DNA of 63,965 nucleotides, filler included, from Reticulomyxa filosa (Eukaryota > Protista > Foraminifera), in the NCBI GenBank assembly GCA_000512085.1. It is 17 parts of 17 records of this genome, joined end to end, with 100 filler letters (N's around TTAATTAATTAA, not from the genome) between each part and the next. Parts side by side here need not be neighbours in the genome. Positions count along the whole stretch, not along the records: positions 1 to 11,686 come from ASPP01002082.1; 16 more parts are not named here. One strand, given 5' to 3'. The notes under the pieces were generated by a model. The model made no database searches and was not told the DNA's origin. It saw nothing but the letters and a program-made list of their open reading frames with translations. Positions 1 through 11,786 of the stretch are shown one piece after another. The number at the start of each line of letters is the position of its first letter. Position 1 is the first letter of the stretch. The translations under genes and the position numbers were made by a program.

Positions 1-92
1 ATGTATATGTATATGTACAATATACACATATTTGTATTTATATGAATATGTATATAATCAAATAGGACGAAAGTCAAGTAGGAGACACAGGA

Positions 93-1922
93 GTGATAAT
101 GGCATCACCCAATTCGGTGCCGACGACTCCAACTCCGCTGTCGACGCTGCAGTTTGCGATGCAAATGGGACAGCCGGTGTCGTTGGGCACGACGACGGGG
201 TTGTCAGGCCACAATATGTTTGCGATGAATGGGATGCCGGCAGTGCCGGGCTTTTTCCCAATGACGATGGGTCAGGATTCGGGACGAAAAGCCGTGATAG
301 GAGGGGGGGCGGACCATTGGTCGCATTACGTGTCGGGGAACAGCAACAGCAGAGACGCAATCACCCCGTACAGTCGCGACACGGAGTACAATGACAACAT
401 TTTGGACCTGATCATGAAGGGCCAGTCGACCTCAATGACCGAGAAGAACAGCGCAAAGAAGAAGAGAAAGAAGCGAAAGCAACAGAAGGCAAAGGCTGCA
501 GAAGCTGCGAGAGAAGCAGAGAAGAAAGAAAACGGCAGTGGTAGTGGAATAGGAACAATTGGAAGAGGAGGAGTAATAATAGGAGGAAGCAAGAATGCTG
601 ACTCGACAAAAAACGAAATATTAACATTGGAGATGATTACATCGGATGAAAAGAAGGACGTATCAAAGGATGGACATTATAAGAACAGTACCCAAAAAGA
701 AAAGGAAAAAGAAGGAGAAGATAAAGATAAACACAATACTAAGTTGACATTGACAGATTTGATAAAGCATGAGTTGATTGACAAATGCGCGCGCCATGAA
801 AAGGGCTCGTGCTTCTTGCAAGAGGCCTTGAAGACTTGCAGTGACAAGGAAAAGGTGGCCGTGTTTGAGCAGCTGAAGAAGAATGTCATTGGTCTGTGCG
901 AGCACATGGTCGGCAACTTTGTGATCCAACAGTTTTTTGAGGACGGGTTGGACAGCCAAAAGATGGAACTGGCCGAAATGTTGAGAGGGAGTGTCTTGCC
1001 TCTTACCAAGTCGGTATTTGGGTGCCGCGTTGTCCAAAAAGCACTCGAAAAGATTGGCCCCGATATGCGCGAGCTGTTGCTTAGCGAATTGCATGGACAT
1101 GTCGAAGAGTGTGTGTGCGACCCCAATGGCAACTATGTGCTGCAACAGGCCATTCAACTCATGTCTCCTTCGCAATTCGACTTTATTGTTCAGGCCTTCC
1201 AACACAATGTCTATGTATTCAGTGTCAATCCCTTTGGCTGCAGGGTCACTCAACGCTTACTGGAAAAGTGCACGCTTGAACAAAAGCAGGTTCTACTTGA
1301 TGAAGTCGTCGAACAAGCCCTGTCGTTGAGCAAACATCAATTTGGAAACTATGTCGTGCAACATATCTTTCTTCATGGCACTCGTCAAGCATGCTCCGCC
1401 ATTATCAAAGTTATTGCTGAAAATATTGACACCATGTCACGAAATAAATATTCCAGGTTTTTTTTTTTAAAAAAAAAAGATGTCTTTATAACATCAAACA
1501 GTGATCAAACTTTGCTTTTTTTTTTTTTTTTGTTGAAAAAAAAAGCAATGTTGTGGAAAAAGCACTCTCGCACTGCAGCGAAGAGGAAAAGAATCTCTTC
1601 ATTCGTCATGTCATGGAATCTCCTATTGAAGGGTTTGTCTTTTTTTCTCCCCATTTTGTACTCGTTTTTGTTTAAAAAAATTGTCTGGCATTTTTGCGTT
1701 TGGACAAATGCTAATGATAACAGGTCTCCACTAATCATCATGGTGAAAGATCCCTATGGCAATTATGTCATTCAGAAAATATTGGAAATTGCGAGTCAAC
1801 AACAACGAACTCAATTGATCAGTCGGATATATGAACGTGTTCCCGACTTACGCAAACTACCATTCGGTAGACATATAATAGACAAAATTGAACGAATCAC
1901 TGAACAGTTTAATGGCGAGTGA
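93..1922 (+). CDS. Pumilio/PUF-family RNA-binding protein (probably 5'-partial; two introns inside the apparent ORF)
   Basis: PUF repeats: HEKGSCFLQ, HMVGNFVIQ, SVFGCRVVQKALE, DPNGNYVLQ, NPFGCRVTQRLLE, HQFGNYVVQH, KDPYGNYVIQKILE. Removing GT-AG introns 1457-1545 and 1633-1723 restores repeat 7 (NKYSSNVVEKALSH). Confidence 0.95.
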   Translation: MIMASPNSVPTTPTPLSTLQFAMQMGQPVSLGTTTGLSGHNMFAMNGMPAVPGFFPMTMGQDSGRKAVIGGGADHWSHYVSGNSNSRDAITPYSRDTEYNDNILDLIMKGQSTSMTEKNSAKKKRKKRKQQKAKAAEAAREAEKKENGSGSGIGTIGRGGVIIGGSKNADSTKNEILTLEMITSDEKKDVSKDGHYKNSTQKEKEKEGEDKDKHNTKLTLTDLIKHELIDKCARHEKGSCFLQEALKTCSDKEKVAVFEQLKKNVIGLCEHMVGNFVIQQFFEDGLDSQKMELAEMLRGSVLPLTKSVFGCRVVQKALEKIGPDMRELLLSELHGHVEECVCDPNGNYVLQQAIQLMSPSQFDFIVQAFQHNVYVFSVNPFGCRVTQRLLEKCTLEQKQVLLDEVVEQALSLSKHQFGNYVVQHIFLHGTRQACSAIIKVIAENIDTMSRNKYSRFFFLKKKDVFITSNSDQTLLFFFFLLKKKAMLWKKHSRTAAKRKRISSFVMSWNLLLKGLSFFLPILYSFLFKKIVWHFCVWTNANDNRSPLIIMVKDPYGNYVIQKILEIASQQQRTQLISRIYERVPDLRKLPFGRHIIDKIERITEQFNGE

Positions 1923-2879
1923 GAGCTCCTTGACTGATTCTTTTTTTTTTCCCTCTCTCCTTCTTCATTCAACTTAAAAATACATACTTTCAAAATTGCT
2001 TCAATACTTTAATTGCAAATTGCACTCTCAATAAATGAATGATCGAATAAATCGTAATTATTCATCAATACTACAACTCATTTATTACCTCACTTACTTT
2101 TCAATTGTACCTTGGGAAAGTTATTATTATTTTTAGTTTGCTTTTAAGTTTCTTTTTTGGAGTCATTAAGTATTGTGTGTTTTGTAATGACTATCGATAA
2201 CTTTTTTCTCTCATTCACTTTCTTTTTTTTGGCCGCCAGTTTTTATTTGTTAACGGCATATTCATTAAGCTTGACATTGAAACAAAACGCTTGGTTTTTT
2301 TATGTACTAAGCGATTTGACTTGTTTAAATTCTCCATTCATTAATGGCAATATAGATTTGTGAAAAGGAACCGTGTGTAAAATCAGTGATAGCAAAAACA
2401 ACAAATTATAAAAATACTAGATCGACAACTGTAAAACGAAATCGTCCTAAAAAAAAACCAACAAACAAAGACTTTGCAAGTCCTTAAATAAACAATGCCA
2501 AAATTGTCAGGAAATGAAGTTAGTGAGCAGTCATCTTCTAATAACTAACCTTGTGGCAGTTGTAACATTGGTACTGCAAATCAAAAAGTTTTTTTTTATT
2601 AATAAATTGTGTTTGTAATTGGGTTCATAGAACAACACATCCAATTGTTTTTATTTGACATCACATAAAAATCAAAGAGAAATTTATTGGCGAATATCAA
2701 CAAGAAACTTCATCACTTGTTTTGATGTGTTGTTTTATTAGTTTAATATTTGAAAATACAAATGTATAAAAGAGATTACTTGTGACTTCTCATCGTGAAA
2801 ACTTATAACAAATTATAAAATTATCACAATATCATTTATGCAATATTTTTGCATTAATAATTATTCCATTCTCCGAATG

Positions 2880-3285
2880 CAATACTGTATACCATCCAAG
2901 ATTTTTTAAAATATTTATATGCTATTTTCTTTTTTCATATTACTTTAAATATATTTCCTAAATGGCGACAAGAATCTCCAACTTCTTTACTTTATTTCCA
3001 AACATTTCTCTTTTTATTTTCAACTCCTTTTCATAACAATCAATTGCTTGGTTACATTCTCCTCTGCCAATATAAACTATCCTAAACCATGATATGAGTT
3101 AATAACATCGTTATTGTTTGTCCCAAATGAATTATTATAGTAATTAATTGCTTATCGTTTTGTCCTTCGCTAATATAGATTTTACCTAATTTATAATATA
3201 GCCAAGTGACATCATTGTGACTAAATCCAAAAATATTCAATCTGATTTCCAATGATTTGTTGTAATATTCTACGAATCGGCAATT
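2880..3285 (-). pseudogene. Degraded TPR-repeat gene fragment
   Basis: Manual reverse-strand translation gives VEYYNKSLEIRLNIFGFSHNDVTWLYYKLGKIY, NNNDVINSYHGLG, ECNQAIDCYEKELKIKREMFGN and VGDSCRHLGNIF, broken by frameshifts. Same 42-aa TPR type as at 29900-30926. Confidence 0.75.
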
Positions 3286-3759
3286 TGAGAATTAATGTGT
3301 AATGTTCTAATTAAATTCTGTATAATTATTGGAATTTCGTTTTCATTTATCTTATTAAATAATAAAATAAAAATATTTACAAAAAGTGCATCACACCAAC
3401 TTATACGCTCCATATGTTTCAATAATCAATACAAGTTTCAATGAAGACAACATTTATATTGTTAAATTTATTCTTATTAAACCAAATATAATAAAGAATG
3501 TTTTTCTTTATTTTTAGCTTATGTTTAAAAAAAATTCGGTCGTTTTTTTTTTAAGTATTAATTCGCATTATAATTTTATGAAGACTTACGAATTATGTTA
3601 ATATTGTTGTCAAATATTCTTCACGGTTAACTCATCACCAGCTTGAACTCTTCGTCAAAGTATTTTTGAAAGTTCCTTTATTAATCTTGAGAGAAAAACT
3701 TCAATCATTTTTCGGTTCAGTGTCGGTGACAATATAAAAAAAGAATCTCGTAGCAATTG

Positions 3760-4765
3760 ACAAAAATTCAACGCAACTAGCATTGGTAAACTTCATTTCA
3801 CTCTTTCAAAGTTGACTGTACTAGTTTTTTGTTGTGTTTGTGACTGACTGAATTAGCTATCTTGTTGCTTGACACTATCCAAATTACTTAAAACATTTAC
3901 TGGTATACCAGTGTTATATATGAAGTCGATTATTCGATATTTGATGATAAAACAGTTTGTGTATGAAATAGAAACAAACAAATCATTCAATCCATATTCA
4001 TCTAGAGTATTTTGTGTGAAATTTTCATCACATTATTATCACAATCATTATGTCAAAATTCTACTTGCTCTTTATCAAGTGACGGTGCTATTCGTTTCTG
4101 GGACATTAAGGATAATCAACTATTACAATTGCTCAATGGACATGTTTGTGACATTGAATTTTCATTATTCAATAGTGGCCAATATTTGTGTTCTGGATTA
4201 GTTGACAAAACTGTTTGTTTATGAGATATTGAACATCCAAATCATTACACGTTTTCAATGGACATAAAGTGTTATTTGATGTGTTGATATTTCATCATTG
4301 CAAAGTAACACCAAGAATGATAATAATACTGGTTATAATGGATATACCACTTGTTCTGGATTATCGGATAAAAGCATGCGAATATGGAATGATGAAACAA
4401 TTATAAACAAATAATTGTGTTTAAAGGACATGAAAATGCAGTGGAGAATGTAAAATATGAGTCAAATGAATTATGAATTAATGATGGTGAATACATTATT
4501 ATCTGGATTATTTGATAAAAGTGTTTGTTTGTGGTATATTCGATCTTGTAAACAAATTCAAGTCTTCAGTGGCCATACATCTCATGTATCTGCTGTTAAA
4601 ATTCACCATTCTAGTAAATAATATTGAGTTGACGGTAATATGTTATGAACCAACTGATAATATAATTTGTTTTCGGGATATTCGATTAAATGAAAAGAAT
4701 TGCATGTTATCAAAAGAAATAATGATAACGGTATACAATTCATTTCATACTCGAAGACAGTAAGA
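3760..4765 (+). pseudogene. WD40-repeat pseudogene, paralog of 5197-6601
   Basis: Colinear fragments (SKLLKTFTG, VFCVKFSSHYYHNH, DGAIRFWDIKDNQLLQLLNGH, GQYLCSGLVDKTVCL) split by several frameshifts and stops. A first-exon remnant ACGCAACTAGCATTG|GTAAAC matches 5231-5250. Confidence 0.85.
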
Positions 4766-5196
4766 ACAGTTTTAGAATTGATTCTTTTTTAATTGAGCCA
4801 AGTTTCTAAAACAAATTACATAAAATATTTAAGACATTTTTTAAATATTTTGCAGACATTATTTCATTTACATAATCAACATAAAAAAACTCTGCAAAAT
4901 TTTTCACTCATTCATTTATCATATAATTGCAAATGTTTTATAGTGGTGATCCATTTTTCACAGCTTCGTTAAGCTTACTGTTCTATCTAAATGTTCTTCA
5001 TTCGTTTACAACTTTTCCTAAACTTTACGTCTCACAGATGTCTTTTTTTGTGATGACTCTCTGAAGAAAGTTGTATACACCAGAATCAGAATATTTTTTA
5101 AATTGTTTTAAACTGTTCTTATTCAAATAATTCAAACCATTTAAAAACTCCCAGTTCAGCTTTGACTATTTTAATCAACAAAGATAATCTCAAAAA

Positions 5197-6601
5197 ATGA
5201 TAACGTTTGACAATGAAAAGCAAGCCTTAACACAACTAGCAATGGTAAGCCTTATTTCAAATATTCAGAAAGTGGCTGTCTTTAGATTTTTGTTATACTT
5301 GCTACTTATTGTATATAATTACGATTGAAGCAGCTAAAAGAAGAAGAGATCCAACTAATTATTCAATATTGGATTCGAGTATTAAAGATCAAATTAGGAT
5401 GGATTCATGATTTTGACAAACTTGTTGTCAATTATGTTATGTTTTTTTGTTCATTTGTTTTTCATTCAAATGACAGCCGGTATGTTTAAATATTATTTGT
5501 TATAATTATAATTTGATACAGGCAGCTACAGTTTTCACGCTTGAAATGTTTCGTTCATCATCCAAATTACTCAATACATTCACTGGACACACACATTGTG
5601 TGTATAGTATTGATCACTCAATATTTAATGGTGAACAATTCATTTGTTCTGCATCAGGTGATAATACTATTCGTGTATGGGATATTGAGGACAATAAACA
5701 ATTTCGATCGTTCGATGGACATTCAAATGCTGTAAATTGTGTAAAATTTTCACAATATCATTATCATAATCATCGTCAAAATGTCATTTGTTCTTCATCA
5801 TGGGACAAAACCATTCGTTTTTGGGATATCAAGGAAAATCGACAATTGAAATTATTAAACGAACACACTGATGGTGTTGGTGGTATTGAATTTTCATCAT
5901 TTAGTTGTGGTAGATATCTGTGTTCTGGGTCTATTGACAAGACTATTCGTTTATGGGACATTGAAACTTCCAAATTATTGCATATTTTCAATGGACATGA
6001 AAATGGTATTTGGTGTGTTGATATTTCACCATTGCAAAGTAAAAATGATAATAATAAAAGTAGTAATATTGATATGATTGGTGGTAATGGATATACTATC
6101 TGTTCTGGGTCATTAGACACAACAATTCGTATATGGGATATTGAAACAGCCAAACAATTTATTGTATTCAAAGGACATGAAGATTATGTGATAAGTGTAA
6201 AATATGGACCAAATGAATTAAGAAATACAATATTATCTGGATCAGAAGATAAAAATGTTTGTTTGTGGGATATTCGATCTAGTCAACAAATTCAAGTATT
6301 CAGTGGCCATACAAGAAATGTGAATGCTGTTGAATATTCACCATTTGTAATAGATAATAATATTAAAGTTGATGAATGTAATGTGATATGTTCTGGATCA
6401 TTGGACAATACAATTCGTTTTTGGGATATTCGGTCAAATAAGAATGAATTATATGTTATCAATGGAGATAAAAAAGACAATGGAATATACTGTCTTGAAT
6501 TTCTACAATTAAAAAAGACCAGAAATAATAATAATGGTTGTGGCTATTGTATTAATCTATGTTATGGTTCACTGAATGGTTGTATTTACATTTGGGGATA
6601 A
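5197..6601 (+). CDS. WD40-repeat protein; exons 5197-5244, 5334-5435, 5522-6601
   Basis: About 6-7 GH...WD repeats (GHTHCVYSID..IRVWD, GHSNAVNCVKF..IRFWD, GHENGIWCVD..IRIWD, GHEDYVISVKY..CLWD, GHTRNVNAVEY..IRFWD). Two GT-AG phase-0 introns join an upstream ATG in frame. Confidence 0.92.
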
Positions 6602-6649
6602 TACTATTTTCTTATTAATAAATTTGTTGATTATTTTTAATCCAAAGCT

Positions 6650-7050
6650 ACAAGTTTTTTTATCTGGAAAAAATTTTACATCATATATTTCACTAGGACA
6701 ATCACCAAATTGTTTCATTACTACATCCTATATTACAATTCTTCCATGTGATAAATTAGATACAATATAAAAATCATTCAAGTCTATATTTGTTGCTATT
6801 ACAATTTGTTGATCATTTGGTGAATATTATGCTTTTTACTTGATAAAGTCCACTACATATTTCAATATCTTCTCCAATCCATCCTATAAGTTTGTATTGT
6901 TTTATCCTCTAAACAGACACAATATTTTTAGTATCTGAGGAACATATCATATGTGGTTATCCTGTAAATTTTGCCAATTCTTTGCTGATTTTACACTCCA
7001 TAACCAAATTGTTCTATCAATTAAATACAATTTCAACCTTTAAACGTAAG
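6650..7050 (-). pseudogene. Heavily degraded WD40-like fragment
   Basis: Reverse-strand remnants such as YSPNDQQIVIAT and SEIYDVKFFPD; no continuous ORF. Confidence 0.45.
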
Positions 7051-7169
7051 AATATCCAAAACTTCTTAAAAGTTTGATCATCTTTCTTTGTTATAAAGAA
7101 AATACAAAACAACAGTTGGTAAATTTTCCATTGATTTATTAAAAATTGAATAAATGGTTGCAAAAAAAA

Positions 7170-8100
7170 GTCAAAGTAATAATCCAAAATTGGCTTCGTA
7201 TTTTAAATGTAAAATTTGGATGGATTAACGATTTTGACAAAATTGTTTTACTTTCACATGTTATTAATATCAATTATATTTATAATATAGATTAGAGATT
7301 TCAAATTGATACAAATGTTAAGAGGGTATGATAACACAGTAAAGAGTTTGAGATTTTTATCAGATGGTAATAAAATTGTTTCAGTGTCATCAGACAAATG
7401 CAATTATTTAAAGGACATTCTGATTATATTTGTGGAGCATAATTTTCTTTTGATGGAGAAATGATTGTATCTTGTTCCTGGGATAAGACAATTCGATTAT
7501 GGAATGTAAATTCTGATAGAGAAATAATGAAATTAGAAGGATGTTCAAGTTTGGTACTTACTGTTAATTTTTCTACAGATGATAAATATATCGTATCAGG
7601 TTCATCTAACAAAATAATACAAATATGGGATGTACATTCTGAAAAATTAATAAAAATATTAATGGATCATTCAAATGAGGTTTGGAATGTGCAATTTTCA
7701 TCAGATAATCAGATAATTGTATCGGCATCTTATGATAGAACAATTGGCCTTTTGAGTGTAAAATCAAGTATAAGATTGAAAGGATTAATGGATCACTTTG
7801 ATTGTGTGACCAACAAATTTATCATATCCTGTTCATTTGATAACACAATTCAAATATGGGATACAGAAACAAGAAAAGAATTGAAAAAACTTGAAGGGCA
7901 TGCAGATATTGTAAATGATGTAAAATATTTTCCAAATGATCAAATTATAGTATCTTGTTCGGATGATAATGCAATCTGCTTGTGAGATGTACGATCAGAA
8001 TATCAAAAGTACAAAAACTAAAAGGACATAATCAAAGAATATTGTGTAAAGATATTTCACCAGATGGTAATACAATTATATCAAATTCGAATATGGAGAT
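7170..8100 (+). pseudogene. WD40-repeat pseudogene (contains ORF 7461-7985)
   Basis: IVSCSWDKTIRLWNV, IVSGSSNKIIQIWDV, LEGHADIVNDVKYFPNDQIIVSCSDD. TAA interrupts the frame just upstream of the ORF and TGA replaces a WD tryptophan at the end. N-terminal module remnant LRILNVKFGWINDFDKIV at about 7193-7250. Confidence 0.85.
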
Positions 8101-8824
8101 AATTGAATATATGCAATCTTTTTTTTTTTAAATTTCATCATTTCAAAAATTAACAAATTATATTTTTCAATAGATGCAATAATATTATCATCTTATGAAA
8201 TATTCACACTTGAGACAAAACTAAATATCATTCTAAATTTTTTGCATTTCTTTTGCTGATTCCATGATATCAAAGATAGACACACAATAATTGAGAAGGA
8301 AAAGATTTCAGAAACATTAGATTAAGGAAACATTGGGATAAACACTGGAGAAAAGCAAATGTTGAAGTTACAAAGATAGTAGAGCAGATGTTACATGAAA
8401 ATGAGCAATGATTAGTTATTGTTGCTTACAAACTCTCTGAATGTAAAGTTACAGATGTACGTGCTTTATCTTCTTTTACTACAATGACCAATAGAGATAA
8501 TATGGAAAAAAGATAATTTGAGAAATACTGCATATATATATATATATCATGAAAAGTAAATTGATAATATTGGAAGACATAATTATTGATAGAAGAATAT
8601 TTTTTAAAAGAAATATTCAATGAAGACATTATCGATTGATCATACTTATGTTGCTGTTTCATAAATTTTTGCATTGTAGAATTATATTTTTGAAGTTCAT
8701 TCATTGAACTTCAAAAAAGATTATCAAGTTTTAATGAAAACTTTAAGCCGACCAATAATGTTAAATTTTATTAATTATCTAAAAAGTTAATGACATTCAA
8801 GTTTTTATTTTATTATTTAATAAG

Positions 8825-8926
8825 ATAAATGAAAACGAAATTCCAATAATTATCCAGAATTTAATTAGAACATTACACATTAATTCTGGATATGTAAATG
8901 ATTTTGATAAATGAATTATCAATTAT
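8825..8926 (+). pseudogene. Orphan copy of the 102-bp N-terminal module exon
   Basis: AG|INENEIPIIIQNLIRTLHINSGYVNDFDK*IINY, exactly 102 bp like exon 5334-5435; internal stop, and the donor reads AT instead of GT. Confidence 0.7.
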
Positions 8927-10125
8927 ATTTGATTATTTTTATTTTAATTAAATAAAATACAAAAATAAAAAAAGCATAACATATTTGTTGTTACACAGTC
9001 AATTACATTATTAACTCATTTATTCAACTGACATTCAAAATCTATATGTTGTGTAAGATTTCATCATATTATTATAATAACAGTCGTCGCAATTTAATTT
9101 ATTCTTCATCACATGACAAAACTATCAACAATCAATGCTTGTGCATCCTTTCCGTCAATAACTTACCTTTTGACGTTAAATGAAATCGCAAAAACTGGTT
9201 TTAATGATGAATACAGTTTTTGTAAAGCATTAAAAACGATGCCAGATATATTAGTACCATGAAAGCGTATTGCAAGCAAACATTAAATTTTTTAAAAAAG
9301 GCTGTTTTAATTAGTTTGTGAGAAAAAAGAATTTACGAACAACGATTATACTAAACAAATTACAAACACAGTTCGCAATTCGTGACAACTACACAACATA
9401 AACTCATTATTTTAGGTTTTTTCAGCGGTTTTTTAAAAAGTTTGGGGACATCTTTTTTACTTAAAAACCGTAAGTTTTTATTTTTTTTCAGCACGACAAT
9501 GGACAAAGGACTACGCGAGCCATTAAAAAAATTGTTTTGTATCCTTTTTGTCGACATTTTATTGAGTTCAATACGTTTCAATCAACATTGGTCTGCTGTT
9601 TAATCATTCATTTTGTATCGTAGTAACATTGCTCAAATTTCATACTCGACAAAAAAATTTTTGCTACTTAACTTCTGTTTGCAACAACTAAAATTTTTAA
9701 AGAATTAGTGATGACAGAAGAATAAAATCTTGTAAATGTCAGAAAAATAAAGTAACTATAAGTTAATAGCGTGGCCGCATCATGTTGTGCAAAACTCTAC
9801 TAAAACACGCTTATTGGATGAAACAAAGTCATTAAAATTGGATTTATTCAAACTTCTACATAAGATCAGAAACATTTTGTTTATGTCAGGAAAAAACCAC
9901 TTTTTTTGGCATATATAATGAAAATGGAACACGGGAACTATACAAACATAAAATCAAATTTTGTACAGTCAAAATTATCTATCATTTTTGTTAGATTTAT
10001 GACGACACCAAAGAATTTATGTACAATTGCACTTGTTTTCGTAACCTGGACAAAAAACAGTACCGAAGCTGGCCAGGGGCTTTGTTAGAATCAAATTGTT
10101 CAAAGGGTAATCAAAGACATTAGCA

Positions 10126-11460
10126 ATGGGGGCTAACAGCGCACTTGAGAAAAGCATTTTAGTAGATGAAATTGGATTAAGTAGTGATACTTGTGCTGCA
10201 TTTTTAGATTTGCTAGAAAGAAGTCAATATGATTCGGAACAAGTTACAATTTTGCAGCGTGACTTGAACTTATTTAAGGGCAAGATAGCTACACCATTGC
10301 ACAGACCAGTTTTGAATGACCGTTGAACTAAAGGAATACTTTTGAACGAAAAGACAAACATAAAATAAAAAAATAAAAAAATTAATGATGTGTATTGGAA
10401 GGTGTATGATCGTCAAATGCGAGAAGCAATACAAATTGGTGGATCATTTGAAGTGAAAGGGTTGGAAGAAAAAGTGGACTTGCGAATGGTAGATGAAATT
10501 GAATTTGTGGAAAACTTTTCACGAGGGATAAATTTGAATCAAAGGTATGTGTTAGCATTATTGCATTTTGCCCGAGCGATTCGAAATGCCGAAGCTGAAT
10601 CTCTAAAAAAAGGGAAGAGCGGTGCAAGACTCGAGCAAAATTCCACCATCCATCGACTGAATGTTTCAGGCCTCCTTCGACACGAAGACGAACAAGAAGG
10701 AGAGTCTGTTGTGACTAAAACTGTACAAGACACTGTCGTTGATTTATTTTTCAATGGCCGCAAAAGTAGATTGCATGTGTTGGTTCAATTGTTATCGGTA
10801 TACATTTTCTTCGTCATGGAATATAAAAAAAAAAAAAATAATATATATATGTATATGTATATATGTATCAATAATTCACTCCAAACTTTTCTATCTCTCC
10901 ACAGTGTCATCTCAATCATTGCAATTGCCTTGACTCTACAAAAATGACATAGCATTATGCAAACGCTCATTCCAACCCCAATCACGACAGAAAAACAGTA
11001 TTATTGCAAATGGGAGAGTACCTATTTTCCAAAGAAATAATATCTCATTTGTGTGAAAGCATTGAAGTTTCGAGAAAAGAGGAAAGGGAAAAAAAAAAAA
11101 AAATGTCATCTTTCTTTATTTCCCCTTCTGCACACACACAAACACTCTTTTCTTTATGTCTGTGTTTTGGAGCGGATAATAGTCAACACTGAAAATTGAA
11201 GGTACTGACTATTGGTCTTTGTTTGAAAAAGAGATTTGGTATGTCTCTATACTCAGTTGATTTGTGTCAGCATGAATAACAAGTATTTACCATTCAATAC
11301 AAAACATGACCAAAAAAAAATGAAAGGGCAATCACATGTGTAATTTATGGAATTACTCAATTCTTTCAATTGACATGCGAAGAAATACGGCATTTGCTGA
11401 TTGTGTTCCATGCCATCACCAACCATATCACAATTGCTCGCTCACACTATCTTCAGCTTG
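10126..11460 (+). CDS. Multi-exon hypothetical protein, probably with hydrophobic segments; 3' end uncertain
   Basis: Coding-like ORFs 10126-10326 and 10390-~10797 plus further exon-like pieces separated by AT/homopolymer introns; no family recognised. Confidence 0.5.
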
Positions 11461-11686
11461 TATTATACATTCGACACAAAACAAATTTTTTTTTTTTTTT
11501 TTTTTAACGATCAAATGAGGTTGTCTCATTCAAACTTGATTGGTTCATAGGCCAGTTATTTGGTGATTTTTGGCAATACACAAAGCTTTGCAGCACAACG
11601 ACTCTACTTTGTTCAGTCCATTTTATTTTTTGTAATTGAAGGAAGAAAACAGTACAACAGCAAACAAACAAGAACAAGAACAAGAA

Positions 11687-11786
11687 NNNNNNNNNNNNNN
11701 NNNNNNNNNNNNNNNNNNNNNNNNNNNNNNTTAATTAATTAANNNNNNNNNNNNNNNNNNNNNNNNNNNNNNNNNNNNNNNNNNNN
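11687..11786. other. Artificial contig spacer (N44-TTAATTAATTAA-N44); one of 16
   Basis: The same 100-nt linker with stops in all six frames also occurs at 15567, 19581, 21524, 23295, 24765, 26006, 27170, 31872, 44393, 47879, 56870, 57990, 60571, 61745 and 62859. Confidence 0.99.

Noticed and set aside
11687-11786. Regularly recurring TTAATTAATTAA palindrome in N-runs, and ORFs ending XXXLIN
   Set aside because: Artificial all-frame stop linker between contigs; not biological, and gene neighbourhoods across it are meaningless.
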